Shown one piece after another: positions 14,040-25,700 of a stretch of 64,000 bases of DNA (position 1 is its first letter; every line of letters starts with the position of its first letter). The notes under the pieces were generated by a model that was not told where the DNA came from, did no database searches, and saw only the letters and a program-made list of their open reading frames with translations. The stretch comes from Lama glama (lineage: Eukaryota): contig CM052841.1 in NCBI GenBank assembly GCA_028534125.1, positions 57,350,001 to 57,414,000 of the forward strand, given 5' to 3'. The position numbers and the translations under genes are program-made.

Positions 14040-14650
14040 ACCTCTGTCTTTGTTCGCATTTAAAAAATGTCTGAATGGAAGTGCGGGGGAGGGAGGGTGC
14101 CGGTCCCGGAGTTGGGGGGTGGGGTGATTAGGGCTGTTGCTCTGAGCCCGACGAACTCCGGCGGGGCCTCCGCGGGCGGCGGGTTTGGGCCGGGCCTCTT
14201 CCCTGCCCTTGGCCGGAGCACAGCGGCGGGTGGGGGCGGAAAGCGGCTGCAGCTGGGGGCAGCTGGTAGCAGCTGGTAGCGGAATGTCCCCACCGCCAGG
14301 CCTGGCGGGGCGGGGCCAGCGGCTCGGGGTGGGCGGAGCCGACCGCTTCGGTCCTGGAGCGCGGGTTGGGAGGGAGGTGCGGCGCGGCGCGCCGCGTGGT
14401 CGTCGGAGCCTGGAACACTGCGAGCGGCGCGGGGTAAAGGTGTTTCCGCGTGCCCCGGTCTTTTGGTAACCCCCGCCCTCATTCTGCTGGCTTGTCTCAG
14501 ACCAGCCAGAAAGACACATATATTCGTTCAGGACATCTGTTAGTGCCTACTTTGTGCCAGGCACGCGGCTGGAGGTCTACCGGGCCTACCAGGTGAACAA
14601 GCCCAATTTTTGCGGCCGGGACATTCTCCCGGGCGGGAGGAGGGGGCCCA
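14040..14650 (+). promoter_or_regulatory. DAB2IP: Intragenic CpG island, probable alternative promoter and first exon of DAB2IP
   Basis: Densest CpG cluster in the upstream intron; several GGGCGG Sp1 boxes; candidate donor gcggg|gtaaag at 14433/14434. Confidence 0.75.
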
Positions 14651-16569
14651 AGCAAGTTTCAGATCAGTTCTATGAGGAAAGTGAAGCAAGGTAATCACTC
14701 TGAGTAGGGGAAGGTGGAAGTTGCTCCTTTAGCTAGAGTGGTTAGGAATGGCCTCACCTAGGACATGCACGACTTTGATCTCAGAGCAGAATGCGGAGAA
14801 ACCAGCCTTGCCTAGAGCCAGGATCCAGGGGAGGGAATGGCAAGTGCAAAGGCCCGGAGGCGGGACTCGGACAGGATATGACCCTGGGCGGAGCCAGCAG
14901 TTTGGGGGAGGAGCCTGAAGCTCGCTGCAAGCCTCCTCCAGCTTCCCGGACCCGGACCAAACCTGGAGCTCCGTCCCCAGGATGCACCCCGCCCAGGTGC
15001 CCCTGGAGGGCTACTGGCTCGTGGCTGGGAGTGTGTCTTTCTAGACTTCTTGGACCTGGAGGTTGTGCCATGTGGTTACCTGTATGGAAGACTGTAATTT
15101 TCCACTTGTTCCTTGGAAGGCCTGGAAATCTCTAGATGTTGTCACTGTGGTGTCTTTTTAAGTCGTTTTTGAAATTTCAACTTGGAAGACAGAATCAGCT
15201 TGTGCTTTGCAGGAAGGGGAAGCCTGTCTGGTCACACCTATTAGATGCCAGCCTGGGCTGAGAGGTCCCCTGATCTGGCTGGGAGAGGCACCTGGGTGCA
15301 CATCATCCTCAGAAATGGGTCTCTGTGGCCTCGGACTCCTCGGTGACAACCTCAGCAAGATCCTGGGCCGGGCCGGAGGAGCTGCTCTGTGGAGACCCAG
15401 CCATCCTCGAAAGCCGGATCTGGCTCCAGGGCCCCTGGTGCACAGACCTGGGTCAGCCCAGGGGCCTACCCCACTGCCAAGGTCTGTGGGTGGCTCTGTG
15501 GGGGTAAAAGGGGTACAGGAAACTTAACTCCCTGGCGAGTGGGCAGGTGACCTCGATGGCTGTGGGTCAGAGCTGGAGGGTGTGGGGCTGGCTGTTTCTC
15601 TAAGGAGGCCCAGCCCCGGGACTCCACCTGTCCAGGACCCCACCTGTTCCGGGACCCCATTGGTGCCCAACAGGTCCCTCCCGCACCAGCCCAGGTTCCT
15701 CACTGGCCCTGGGAGAAGGAATGGAGACCCTCCCCAGAGGCTTGGGAGGAAGAGTGAAGGTGGGGGCTGGGGTTACTGGTCTGGCTTCTCCCTCCTGGGA
15801 ACCAGGCCCTGTCCTCCTGAAGCATCAAGTCATGCGGGAGCTGGGTAGGGAGAAGCCCACTGAGCGTTGGACTGAGGAGGTGGAAGTAGGCAGGTGAAGC
15901 AGTGGGGAAGGAAATCTAGGCCCAGGGAACTGGTGGGGTTGGCAAGATGGGCTGTCAGGAGGGGGCTTTGACCCCAGGCTGTGTAGCCAGTGAGGGCCCT
16001 TGGGCTGCTGTTCCCTTAGCCTGGGGCTCCCAGCGCAGATAAGGAGAAGGGCGAAGCCGCTGGGGCTCCCAGCCACTGCCTCTTGGAGACAGATTTAATA
16101 ATCTTCTGCTGTCTCTCTAGCGGTTAGTATTGCAGGAGAAGCTTTACTCCTAAAACTTATATTGATCCAGACACTAATAAAAAGTAAAGGGTTCTTTGGA
16201 GCAAGTTTTTTCCCTTGTTTTCTACTAGAGCAAAGAACATCAGAGCCCTAAAACACAGATTTGTTTTCCTCCCTCTCTAGGTTTGGGTGCTGGGGACATG
16301 GGGGTTGGCCTTGTTCAGGTTTCACCTTTTCAAGGAACCTTCCCCGACTGCACAGGCCTACAGTCATCCCTCTTCTCCAGCAGTTAACCAAAGCTGCCAC
16401 TGTGCATCTAGTCTGTCCCCCAGAAGGGCTCGGGTGTTACAGAAGTCTTCATGCTCAGCCGAGACCACAGGGCTGTGAGAGGCATCTGCCTTGGAGGCAG
16501 CAAAGGCTTGACTCTTGACTTCTTGTGTCTTTCTAGGTCTGAGTCTTTTGCTGCCCTGTTCTTTGTGTC

Positions 16570-17800
16570 TCCAAATTTATTTCATAAGTACTTACTGACC
16601 TCTTACACCTTGCCAGACCCTCCCTTTGGGATGCAGAAATACAACAGACATAGCCCTTGGCCACGCAGAGCTTACCTTCTGGCAGGAAAGACAGGTAACC
16701 ATAAGTGAGTGGAGAAACAAATAAGTAATTCCGGATTGAGTGATGTAAGTCAGGATTTTTGTCTGGTTCGTTCAGCACCTGGATTCCCAGTGCCTGAAAT
16801 AGTGACCGGCTCATACTTTTGCACATAATAAATATTTGCTGGCTGAATGAGCAGGATGATAAGAAGGAAACAGCCAAGTGTTTCTGTAGCAAGTAATGGG
16901 GGTGGGGCAGGACCTGTTGTAGCCAGAGTGGCTGGGGAAGGACTGAGTTCCACCAGAGTCCAGAAACCAGCCTTTTGGAGAAGGGGGTAGAACTGGAGCT
17001 CCCACTGAGGGAGCAGCCAAGTACAAAGTCCCTGAGGCGGGAGGCGGGAGGAGGGAGGCGGGAAAGCGGAGGCTTGTAATGGGGGTGGAGTTGCCTGATG
17101 AGGTCAGATGGTAGGCAGGCCACTCCTGCGAACTTCTTTCACCTGGGAAGAAGTCTGGATTTATTCAAATTGCTGTAGGGATAACTGGAGGGTTTCAAAG
17201 CCCAGGAGTTAAATAATCTGATTTGCATTTCTCCAAGGTCCCTCTTACTCCAGGTAGGGGAGCAGGATCAGGCAGGTGCGGAGGAGTGGACAGGTATGAG
17301 AGATTTTAGAGAAGGTAGTGGTCTGATTTGCTGATGGATTGGGTGCTCAAGGTCAGGGAAAGGGAGGGTTCCTGGCTTTTGAGAATTCTGGCTTAAGCTG
17401 CTGAGACAAAGCTCCACTTTGGCCATTTCAGGCCTGAGATTCTACAAGCCATCCAAGACGAGGTATCAGGCCGGCATTTAGACGTATGAGTCTGGAGCTC
17501 AGAGCAGGGAAGGGCCAGAGATAGAAACTTGGGAGTCTTGAGCACACAGGAGGTGTTTCAAGCTAAGAGCAGATGAGATCACCAAAGGAACGTGTTTTAC
17601 TGAAGGGAGTGCCCCCAAATCAGAGCCTGAGAAACTGCCAACAACACCTGGAGGAAAGGAGGGCCGTGGCCTGTGAGGGAGGAGGGAGTGTGGTGGCCTG
17701 GGCTTCACGGAGGGAGCTAGCTGTCAGGTCGAGTGAGGGGAGGACAGAAACTGTGATTGGCTTTGGCCACATGAAGGCCTTTGGGGACCTTCCAGAGACT
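16570..17800 (-). mobile_element. L2 LINE fragments, with a short oppositely oriented L2 3' end at ~16755-16850
   Basis: L2 hallmarks: atctgatttgcattt, gatttgctgatggattggg, tgagtctggagctcagagcagggaagggccagagatagaaacttgggagtc, gatgagatcaccaaagga. Confidence 0.7.
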
Positions 17801-19544
17801 CCCTGGGGTCAGGCCGGGTATGCTCAGTAGCCAGGAGATGAGTAGAAGAGGAGGCAGCAGGGTCTGAGAAGCGCAGGGAGAGCGGGCCAGCCCGGGGAGC
17901 CGAGGAGGCTCAGGTGAGAGGCTCACACGTCCTCAGGTCCGGGTCCGGGTTTGCCGGCAGCAGAGGGTCTCCACCTTGGGCCTGCATCCAGGGCCTCTCA
18001 GCAGACTCTAGGGACTCTGAATGGGCTGAACTGGGCCTCCCAAAATGACCTTCAACAGCTCTCTGAGCTTTTCTTTCTCCCTCTCTCCCTGGAGGGCTCG
18101 CTAACCACCCTGCTAGGTTCCCCTTTTCTGTAGAGTCACCCAGCCCTGCCCTCCCCTCTCCCTGCCAGTCTCTCTCTGGGTCCAGGGCACATAAAGAAGA
18201 GCCCGGGATCTGGCTTTCCTTGGAGGGCCCTCCCACCTTCCCAGAGCAGAACTAGACTTCGTTTGCACTAGTGGCTTTGCTCTGGAAAGTTCCTTGGTGT
18301 GTTTGGCTTCCAGAGAAGTTTGAGATCTTTTTCAAGTTATTTTGGTGGCCGGCACCTTGACCTCCTGTAAGGCTTGGCTGGCTGTGAGGGGGAGTTTAGA
18401 ATGTGTTTGGCTTTGTCGGGGAGCGGTGTAGGGTTGGGGAGAACCTAAGGTCTGATGGTCCCCAGGTGGGTTCTGAGTGTGTTGAATAAATGCCACCCAG
18501 GTATTTGAGTCTTTGGGTTCCCAAGTTCCATTAAATGCTTCCTCTGTGTCTGGTTAACCAGTGTTTTTACATCTGTTGTCTGCAGAGGATAGTGTATTTC
18601 TTTTTATGCATGGAGAAACTGAGGCTTAGGAAACTGAAAGGACTTGCCCAAAGTCCCACAGTTGCTAAGGTACACAACCAGAATTGCCACCCAGCCCTGC
18701 AGACCTCCGAGTCACACCACCCCGTACCAACTAATTAACCCTGTGCATGAGGAGGTGGTGGTGGGATATAAGCCCCTGGGTCTCCCACTGCCCCTCAGGA
18801 ATAGTGGCCCCATGTTCTGCGAGGGCTTCAGGGCATTCCTTCTGTCTCCTACCCCCCGTTTGCTCTGGTGCTTCCCTTCCTCTTCCTTGCTCCCCCAGGA
18901 CACACATCAGTTGCTTTAGGCTCCAGAAAGAAAGCGGCAGACCTTGAACTTGGTCAAGCTTTGGGGGCTCTTGGGGCCAAGGGAGCCCCCAGCTTCTGGG
19001 AGGCTGTGCCACAGGTGTGGAGTGGCTGTGTGGCTGCTGAAGGCAGGAGAGCAGGCTCAGCTGCGGCACATCCCTTGGGAGACACCTGAGAAGGGGGCCC
19101 GCTCCTCACTGGGGAGTGGGGGAGACCGAGGTCCGGAGCTGGCTGGGTGGGGTTGGGCTCCACCTGGAGAGGTGATGCCTTATGCTGCCTCCTGACAGGC
19201 TGTGTGGCTTGGCACCCTTGCACCCTCTCCCTGTCCAGCAAACTCCAGTTAGCTTGGGGCTGGGGTAGGGTGGAGGCCGGCTGTTTTCAGGTTGCAGGGG
19301 AATCGGACCACAGCCCAGCCTTTATGGCCTTATGACCTGGATGCTTCTGGAGGAGGGTGGGCATCTGGGACATGCTAGGGAGTGGTCATGCCTGGTAGTC
19401 ACGGAGGGTCCCAGTTGGACCCCCTCTTTACAGAAATAAACTGAGGCTCAGAGAAAGAAGTGACTTGCCCAGGGCCACTACCCAGGAAGCTAGTTTTGAG
19501 TCTCCCAGCATATCCTGGGGCAGCCTCCTTCGACCTAGTTAATC

Positions 19545-19770
19545 TGGCAGCTCTTTAGTAAGTGCTCACTGGAAGCCAGATTTGGTTCTGTAACTCACTG
19601 ACTCCTCGCAGCAACCCTGTGAGGATTAGTACTATGATTATTGCAGAGGGGGAAACAGGCTTGGAGAGGGGACTTGACTTGTCCAAGAGCACAAGGTTGC
19701 AAGCAGCACAGCCCAGGTTTGAACAGTCTGGCTTCAGAACCCATGTTCTTAACCACCAGGCTGCACGGCT
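19545..19770 (-). mobile_element. MIR SINE
   Basis: cctcgcagcaaccctgtgagg...cccaggtttgaacagtctggcttcagaacccatgttcttaaccac. Confidence 0.7.
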
Positions 19771-22700
19771 TCAAACTTACTGCCAGGCTCCATAGAAATG
19801 GGGTGAGGGTAGTAAATCCTTGAATGACCTACAGCATTAGGCCTGAGGACTCTGCCTGGCCTCGGCCTTTCTGATGGCTTGGCTGTACAACACCTACGGC
19901 CTGTCCACCCACTCCTGGTGCCCCAAAATGGCCCACCTTTCTTGGACGGCTTGCTGGACCAGGTATGAACCCCAGGCAGTCAATCTCTCCTCCTTTCCTC
20001 TCCCCTGCCCACTCCTATTCTAGCAGCTCCCAGGCCTTGCCCACCCTTGGAGCCCAGGGGCCCCAGGAGTGCCCCCATCCCTGCAGCCCTGCCTCGTCCA
20101 TTCCTGTGGACCTTGCCCAGCTTGCCTGAGCCATGCGCTTGGAAGGACCACTCCCTTACCCACCCCCTCCTCTTGACTGTAGAGTCTATTTGAGAAGGGA
20201 TGAAGGCCTGGGTGTCAGGTGCCCCACTCCTGCAGGGCTGCAGACCCCCCTCTTCCTCTCCTTGCCTTTCCTACGCTTCCTGATGTCCAGTCTTCTCATC
20301 TGTAGGGAGGGGGAAAGAGTGGAACTGACCTCGCAGAGTTTTGAGGCCTAGACTGAAAGCCCGGTGTTTGGGCACCTGTGAGAATGATTCCTCATCCTCA
20401 CCGGCTTATTTCCTTAAAAAAAAGATGCTAGTGGATGTGGAACAGGTGGGACCTCCAGAGGGAGCAGGTGGGAGAGAGTCCTGGCTTTGGCTGAACTCAC
20501 GTGGCTGTGCCCTGGCTTTGCTGCAGACTTTGCACGGCCCTGGCTTCCTCACCTGTAAGGTGGGGTGAGGGGAATGCCCGTGTTGTGGCATGATTGTGAG
20601 GAGTAGCGAGACAGGGCTGTGCAGCGCAGGGAGCAGTGCCTGGTGCACCGTGGGCGCTTCCTACTCTCAGTCTTGAGCTGCAGCCTCCTGGTTTTAGGGT
20701 GTGGGCAGTTCTTCAGGTGAAATTTGGAGTTTTACTGTTATACATTTTGTCTAAAATCTTCCTGAGAAGCCCTAGGCCTCTGATTTGATCATGACCTCAG
20801 AGGGATTTTTGGTTTTTTGCTGTCTTGTTTCCTATACAGAAAAGGGGAGCTGTGCCTTTAAGTCCTCAGCGGCCCCAAGTGGGACACTGGCCCTTTAAAA
20901 GCACATTACGGAGTGTTGGAACTTAGCCTTTGTTTAACTAGCCGTGATTAGTCCCAGTGGACAGGGCTGGAGTGGTATGCCTAGGACTGGAGTGGGGTTG
21001 GACTGGCTGGGCCCAGTGGGGGGCAGCGGGCAGCAGGGTGGCTGGCCCGGCCCCTCCATTTCCCCGGTCTGGTGAGCCTGGTGAGCCTGGTGGCCGAGCT
21101 GAGGGATGGTGAGTGACCCGATGGCCTGAGCGGAGGAGGGAAGGAGGGAGGCTGCCAGCCTCCTGGGCCCAGGGGCAACTAAATGAGATGGGTGGGAGTG
21201 TCTGGTCAGAGAGGGGTCGTTACAGGTGCCCAGTCTTGGGAGGGACTCAGTTGTTCCCCCACAATGGTGTCTCTGCCCCTCTGCAGACTTCTACCGGTGG
21301 CCCAGAGTGTAGTAGAAGTGATTAGGATAACCCTGCCAAAAAGCGAGAAACCGAGGAGTGTTGTTTTCTGTTTTCAGTTTTTAAAAAGAGAGGGAATCAT
21401 GCTCCTTTCCGTGAGCAGGCCCGGTGGCATCCATGGCTGCACCGGGAACCGGGAAGTGAGGTGCTTGGCCTTTGCTCAGCCCAGCCCGGGGCTGCACTGG
21501 GTGGGGCTGCGCTAGGGTTTGGGGGCCGCTCCCCACCCCAAGCTGGACTCTTCTTTTCCCCTGCTTCTCCCTGCCTGTGTCTGTCTCCTGATCCATCGGC
21601 CTGCAGGCCGGCAGCGTGTCCAGACCTGGGGTGTGTTTTGCTGTAGCTTAAATGTTTGAAACAGTTGTCAGGAGCCAGGTCCCTGTGATGCGTCAGTCTG
21701 TCCTGGGGAAGTATCCTGGCTCCAGAGACGTCCGGATTTTGGCTTGTCACATGCTGTCTTGCGGAGCGATTGTGATGGGCAGCTGAGCCACTGCTATGGA
21801 AGTGCCAGCCATGTGCCTGGCTTCTTACAAGTCTCCGTGTCCCTTGGTCCTGGCCACCACCATCACTACAACTGCTGTTGGATCAGCGTCCTACCCTTCT
21901 CACATTTCCGGAGACAGGGAAGTGATCTACCTAGGGTCACACAAGAGGTGACAGGAAGGGCTCAGTACAGTTCTGGTGACCCATGATTTTTCTAAGTGAC
22001 TTGAAAGTTAGTGCATTTGATCACAGGATTTCTGTAGGCTTGGTGAAAGTCTGAGGCATTGACAGGCAGTGAAGAGAATTTGGAGTTGGAGCCCAGCTGC
22101 CAGACCTCCAGCCCTGCCCAGGTGCCTGTGAACTGTGACCTTGGGCAAGCTGCTGGACTTCTCTGAGCCTCCACTTCCAGAGGTGGGTTGGTGGTGGAGT
22201 GCCTCGGGGCAAACTCTGGTTCTGCTGGGGCAGGCGGAGTGGACATGGTGGTCTCTGAGCTGGGCATTGATGGATAAGGTGGACTTGCTGCTGGGGGTGT
22301 TCTGAGTGTAGGTGGGCAACCCAGTGTGACTGGGTCCAGATGCAGCTGAGCAGGACCTGTGTGGCTGGATTGGGATGCACCTTGGAAACAATTTAAAGTA
22401 TATGGCATTACTGTTTGGAATCCCATGGGCCAGTGGTAAATGACAGACAGGGCTAGCTTATCCCAGAGTCAGCCAGAATGTGGTGGGAAGAGAAGGTGGG
22501 CTCTTGGGCATCTGGGACACCCTGGCCTTCGGAAGCCCCTCAAGGTCTCAGAGCCTGTTTTTTTAACTGTAGCTGGGCCATGTGAGCAGCAGAGATTGGG
22601 GTCTGCTAGATGCAGAGCCAGTGCCTGCCTGGTGCACTTCCCAGGCATATGGGGTGTCATGACTCAGGCCGGCACCGGAGAGCCACAGATGGCTTAGATG

Positions 22701-25700
22701 CATGGTCGCTAGGAGCAGGAGGAACTCAGCAGCCACAGCCTGGTTTTCTCTGACATGAGTTTTTGCTTTCGCTGGTGGCCTGGGCGCCCGTGGCTGGTTG
22801 GCAGCCACCCGCTCCTGCTGTTTTGCTGCTGATGAGAGCTCCTGGCTGTCTCCTGCGAGTTGCAGTCAGGGAAGCAGAGCTCTGATGCCCCATTGGGACT
22901 CCCAGACACCAGGCTTTGAGAGGATGGGAAACCAGGGTCCCAAGGCCCCCAGGCTCAGCGCTTTCATACTGGAGGCACTCAGTAACTATACACTGAAATA
23001 CTGAATTAACTCGAACCAGGAGTGGGGGGTGTCATCATTGATAACAGACCTCCAGCAGGCTCTGGGAGGGGGTAAGGGCAGCCCATTTGTCAGATGAGAA
23101 AGTGCAGGTGCAGGAGAGACCTGCCCAAGGTCTACACTCCCTTGGCCTCTTCCCCAGCTTGTCTTTGCCTCTTGTCTGCCAGAGGCCACAAAGCACCTCT
23201 GTCCTAAATGGTGGCAGGACAGGAGAAAGCATTGCTGCTGGACCTCAGATGCCAGCATTTGCTCCCAGATGGGTCCATCTCTCCTTAAGCAAGGAAGTAG
23301 AGCCACCTGCCTAAGGCAGAAGCGCTGTAGGGGCAGGAAGGGGCAGAATGCCCAGGAGAAGGAAGGGCGGGGACTGATCACTGCGCATTCGGTTACACCT
23401 GTTGCACCGAAGGTGATGCTATCCCCATTTAACAGATAAGACAACTGAGACATGGCAGGTTAATTAATTTGACCAAAGTCACGTGTGTTTGTCTTTAAGG
23501 AAGGAGACCTCACCACATTAGACCAGTCATCAACCAGCATGATGCCAGGGACTAGGGCTGTGTTGACAAGTGGCTAGTCTGAGGCTGGAAGCCTAGTGCC
23601 CAGGGGTAGGAAAAGAACAGTCCCCAGATCACCTTGTCACCCCAACATGAGTGGCTCACACAGCACCAGAACCCAGGTCTGAGGTGGAGACGAGAGGGGA
23701 GAAGATGCCGCCTCTGCCCCAACTCTCTCATTCTTTAGAGGGGCCGCTGAGCCCAGGAAGGCTTCCTGGAGGTGGAGAGCTGGGAGGGATTAGATAAGCC
23801 AGAGAAGAAGTATCTTCCTTGGGGAGTGGAAGTCCTTGGTTTTCAGCTCATTCTTTTTTGTTTTGTTTTGTTTCATCATCCCTCCCCGCTTGGGTCCTGA
23901 GTCCCCAGGGCCTGAGGCAGCTGTTGGAGGTTTCGGTGGTCTGGGATGGTGGGGTGGGGAGGGGTATGATCTGTGGGACCGAGGGGATGCATGGGCGTGT
24001 TCGTGCTTGTGAGGAAACGGCACAGACTGAACTGAACTCGCAGGGACGATCAGCACAGCCAGGGCCTTGAACTGTTCTGTTCTCAAGAGTTCCGAGCCAA
24101 GGAGCTGGGGGATGGGCAGTGGGATGCTGTCTGGGTGCTCTGGGACTGTCAGTATCAGGGTTGTGGCAGATGGGGCTAATGCTGTGCTCCTGGGCTGGGG
24201 GGCGATTTCCTTGGGGGGAGGCTGAGGGGAGCTTAGGGTTTTGGGTGTCTCAGTCTTTCTGAGCAGCTGGTCCAGGCTTCGTGGTTTCTCTTGGGGACCA
24301 GGGAAGGGCAGAGAGCTGTCCTGACTCTGAAGCAGGAGGAGCATTTGGTCCTCAACTCACTTTCGATTTGCCCAAATCTCATCCTGTTCAATAAGTGTTC
24401 CNNNNNNNNNNNNNNNNNNNNNNNNNNNNNNNNNNNNNNNNNNNNNNNNNNNNNNNNNNNNNNNNNNNNNNNNNNNNNNNNNNNNNNNNNNNNNNNNNNN
24501 NNNNNNNNNNNNNNNNNNNNNNNNNNNNNNNNNTCAGGCTGCAGGATAACTTAAGGGATTAGATGGAAAGTTTTTTGTTTCTTCTCTCTGTGCCCCTTGC
24601 CCCCTCCCCCCGCCCAAAAAAAGATGTGGGGAGGTAAATGTGTTCCTTAATGTTGTTTGAAAACTCCATTAGGCTGTAGAATTGTACTGGAAAGGGTGGG
24701 GACAGGAGATGGGCAGGATGCTGAGGGGTGCCTCTCCTGTTCAGGAGTCAGAACCAGCACCCATCACATCCCTGGTCTCTCCCCAAGCCTGTGGCACAAG
24801 TCAGCAACAGGCAGCAGTGAGGTACTGCCCGACACTGTTACATGAGGAGGTGAGAAGGTGGGGCGGTGGGGGGGAGGGGGGGTGGTAATGGTTAGTATCT
24901 GGCCCCTTATGTTCATGGGGAGTTCACTTTGTGGGCAGCTCGGCGGGTGAGGAGACAGCAGCCTAGAGAGAGGAAGGAACTTGTTTGGGGCCGTGTAGCA
25001 GGCCTGTGGGCCCCCGGTCACAGGCAGATCAAGGACGGGCGAGGACAGGACCCTTTCAGTGAGAGGGTTGGACCCCTGCTAGGGCACAGGGCACAGGCTT
25101 GGCCCAGCATGAGGTAGGTACCGGACTGTCCGACAGAGGGTGATCAGGCCGTTAGGATCCCAGCTTTTACTTCTGGACCTTGTGGCCTGGCCAGCCCACT
25201 TCTCTCTGGTGTCCTAAAGCTTCCTTCACCAAACCCTTTGGATTGACTAGGGTGTCGCCTCACGAGCCGGGGCTCATCAAACCTGTTTGAGTTCTGCTCC
25301 CCCTTCTGCTGGGGCAATGCCTCCTTTTGTGCAGGGCTGTTGGGAGAACGCCGTGTGGTGATGTGTGTACCTTGGTGAGAACACCTGTCTCCGAGCTCGG
25401 CACATAGTAGATGCTTGCTAAGTGGCTGAAGTCCACCCTGCCGCAGGTCAGTCATTCAGCATGTGTGGGGCACCCCAGGAGTGGGGCCTCCCGCTGCCGT
25501 AGCCGAAGCACGTGACAGCTGCCAGGGTGTGGCCTCTCCTCCTCCAGCTCAGCCCTGCGGTGTCGGGGAAGGACAGGCTCTCGGCTGGTAGGGTGGTAAA
25601 GTGAGGCAAGAGACCGGCACCTCCCAGCCCAGGGCTCAGTGTGAGTATGGTGGCGGGGTCACACTGGTTCTAGTGACTACTGGGACTTGCCTCTTTGCCT

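Noticed and set aside
13980-14519. Overlapping antisense ORFs (179 and 140 aa) over the CpG island
   Set aside because: Stop-codon depletion is expected in a CpG island; no protein-like features
16570-16850. Oppositely oriented L2 3' ends as a possible L2-derived miRNA hairpin
   Set aside because: The arms are too diverged and too far apart for a convincing stem by eye
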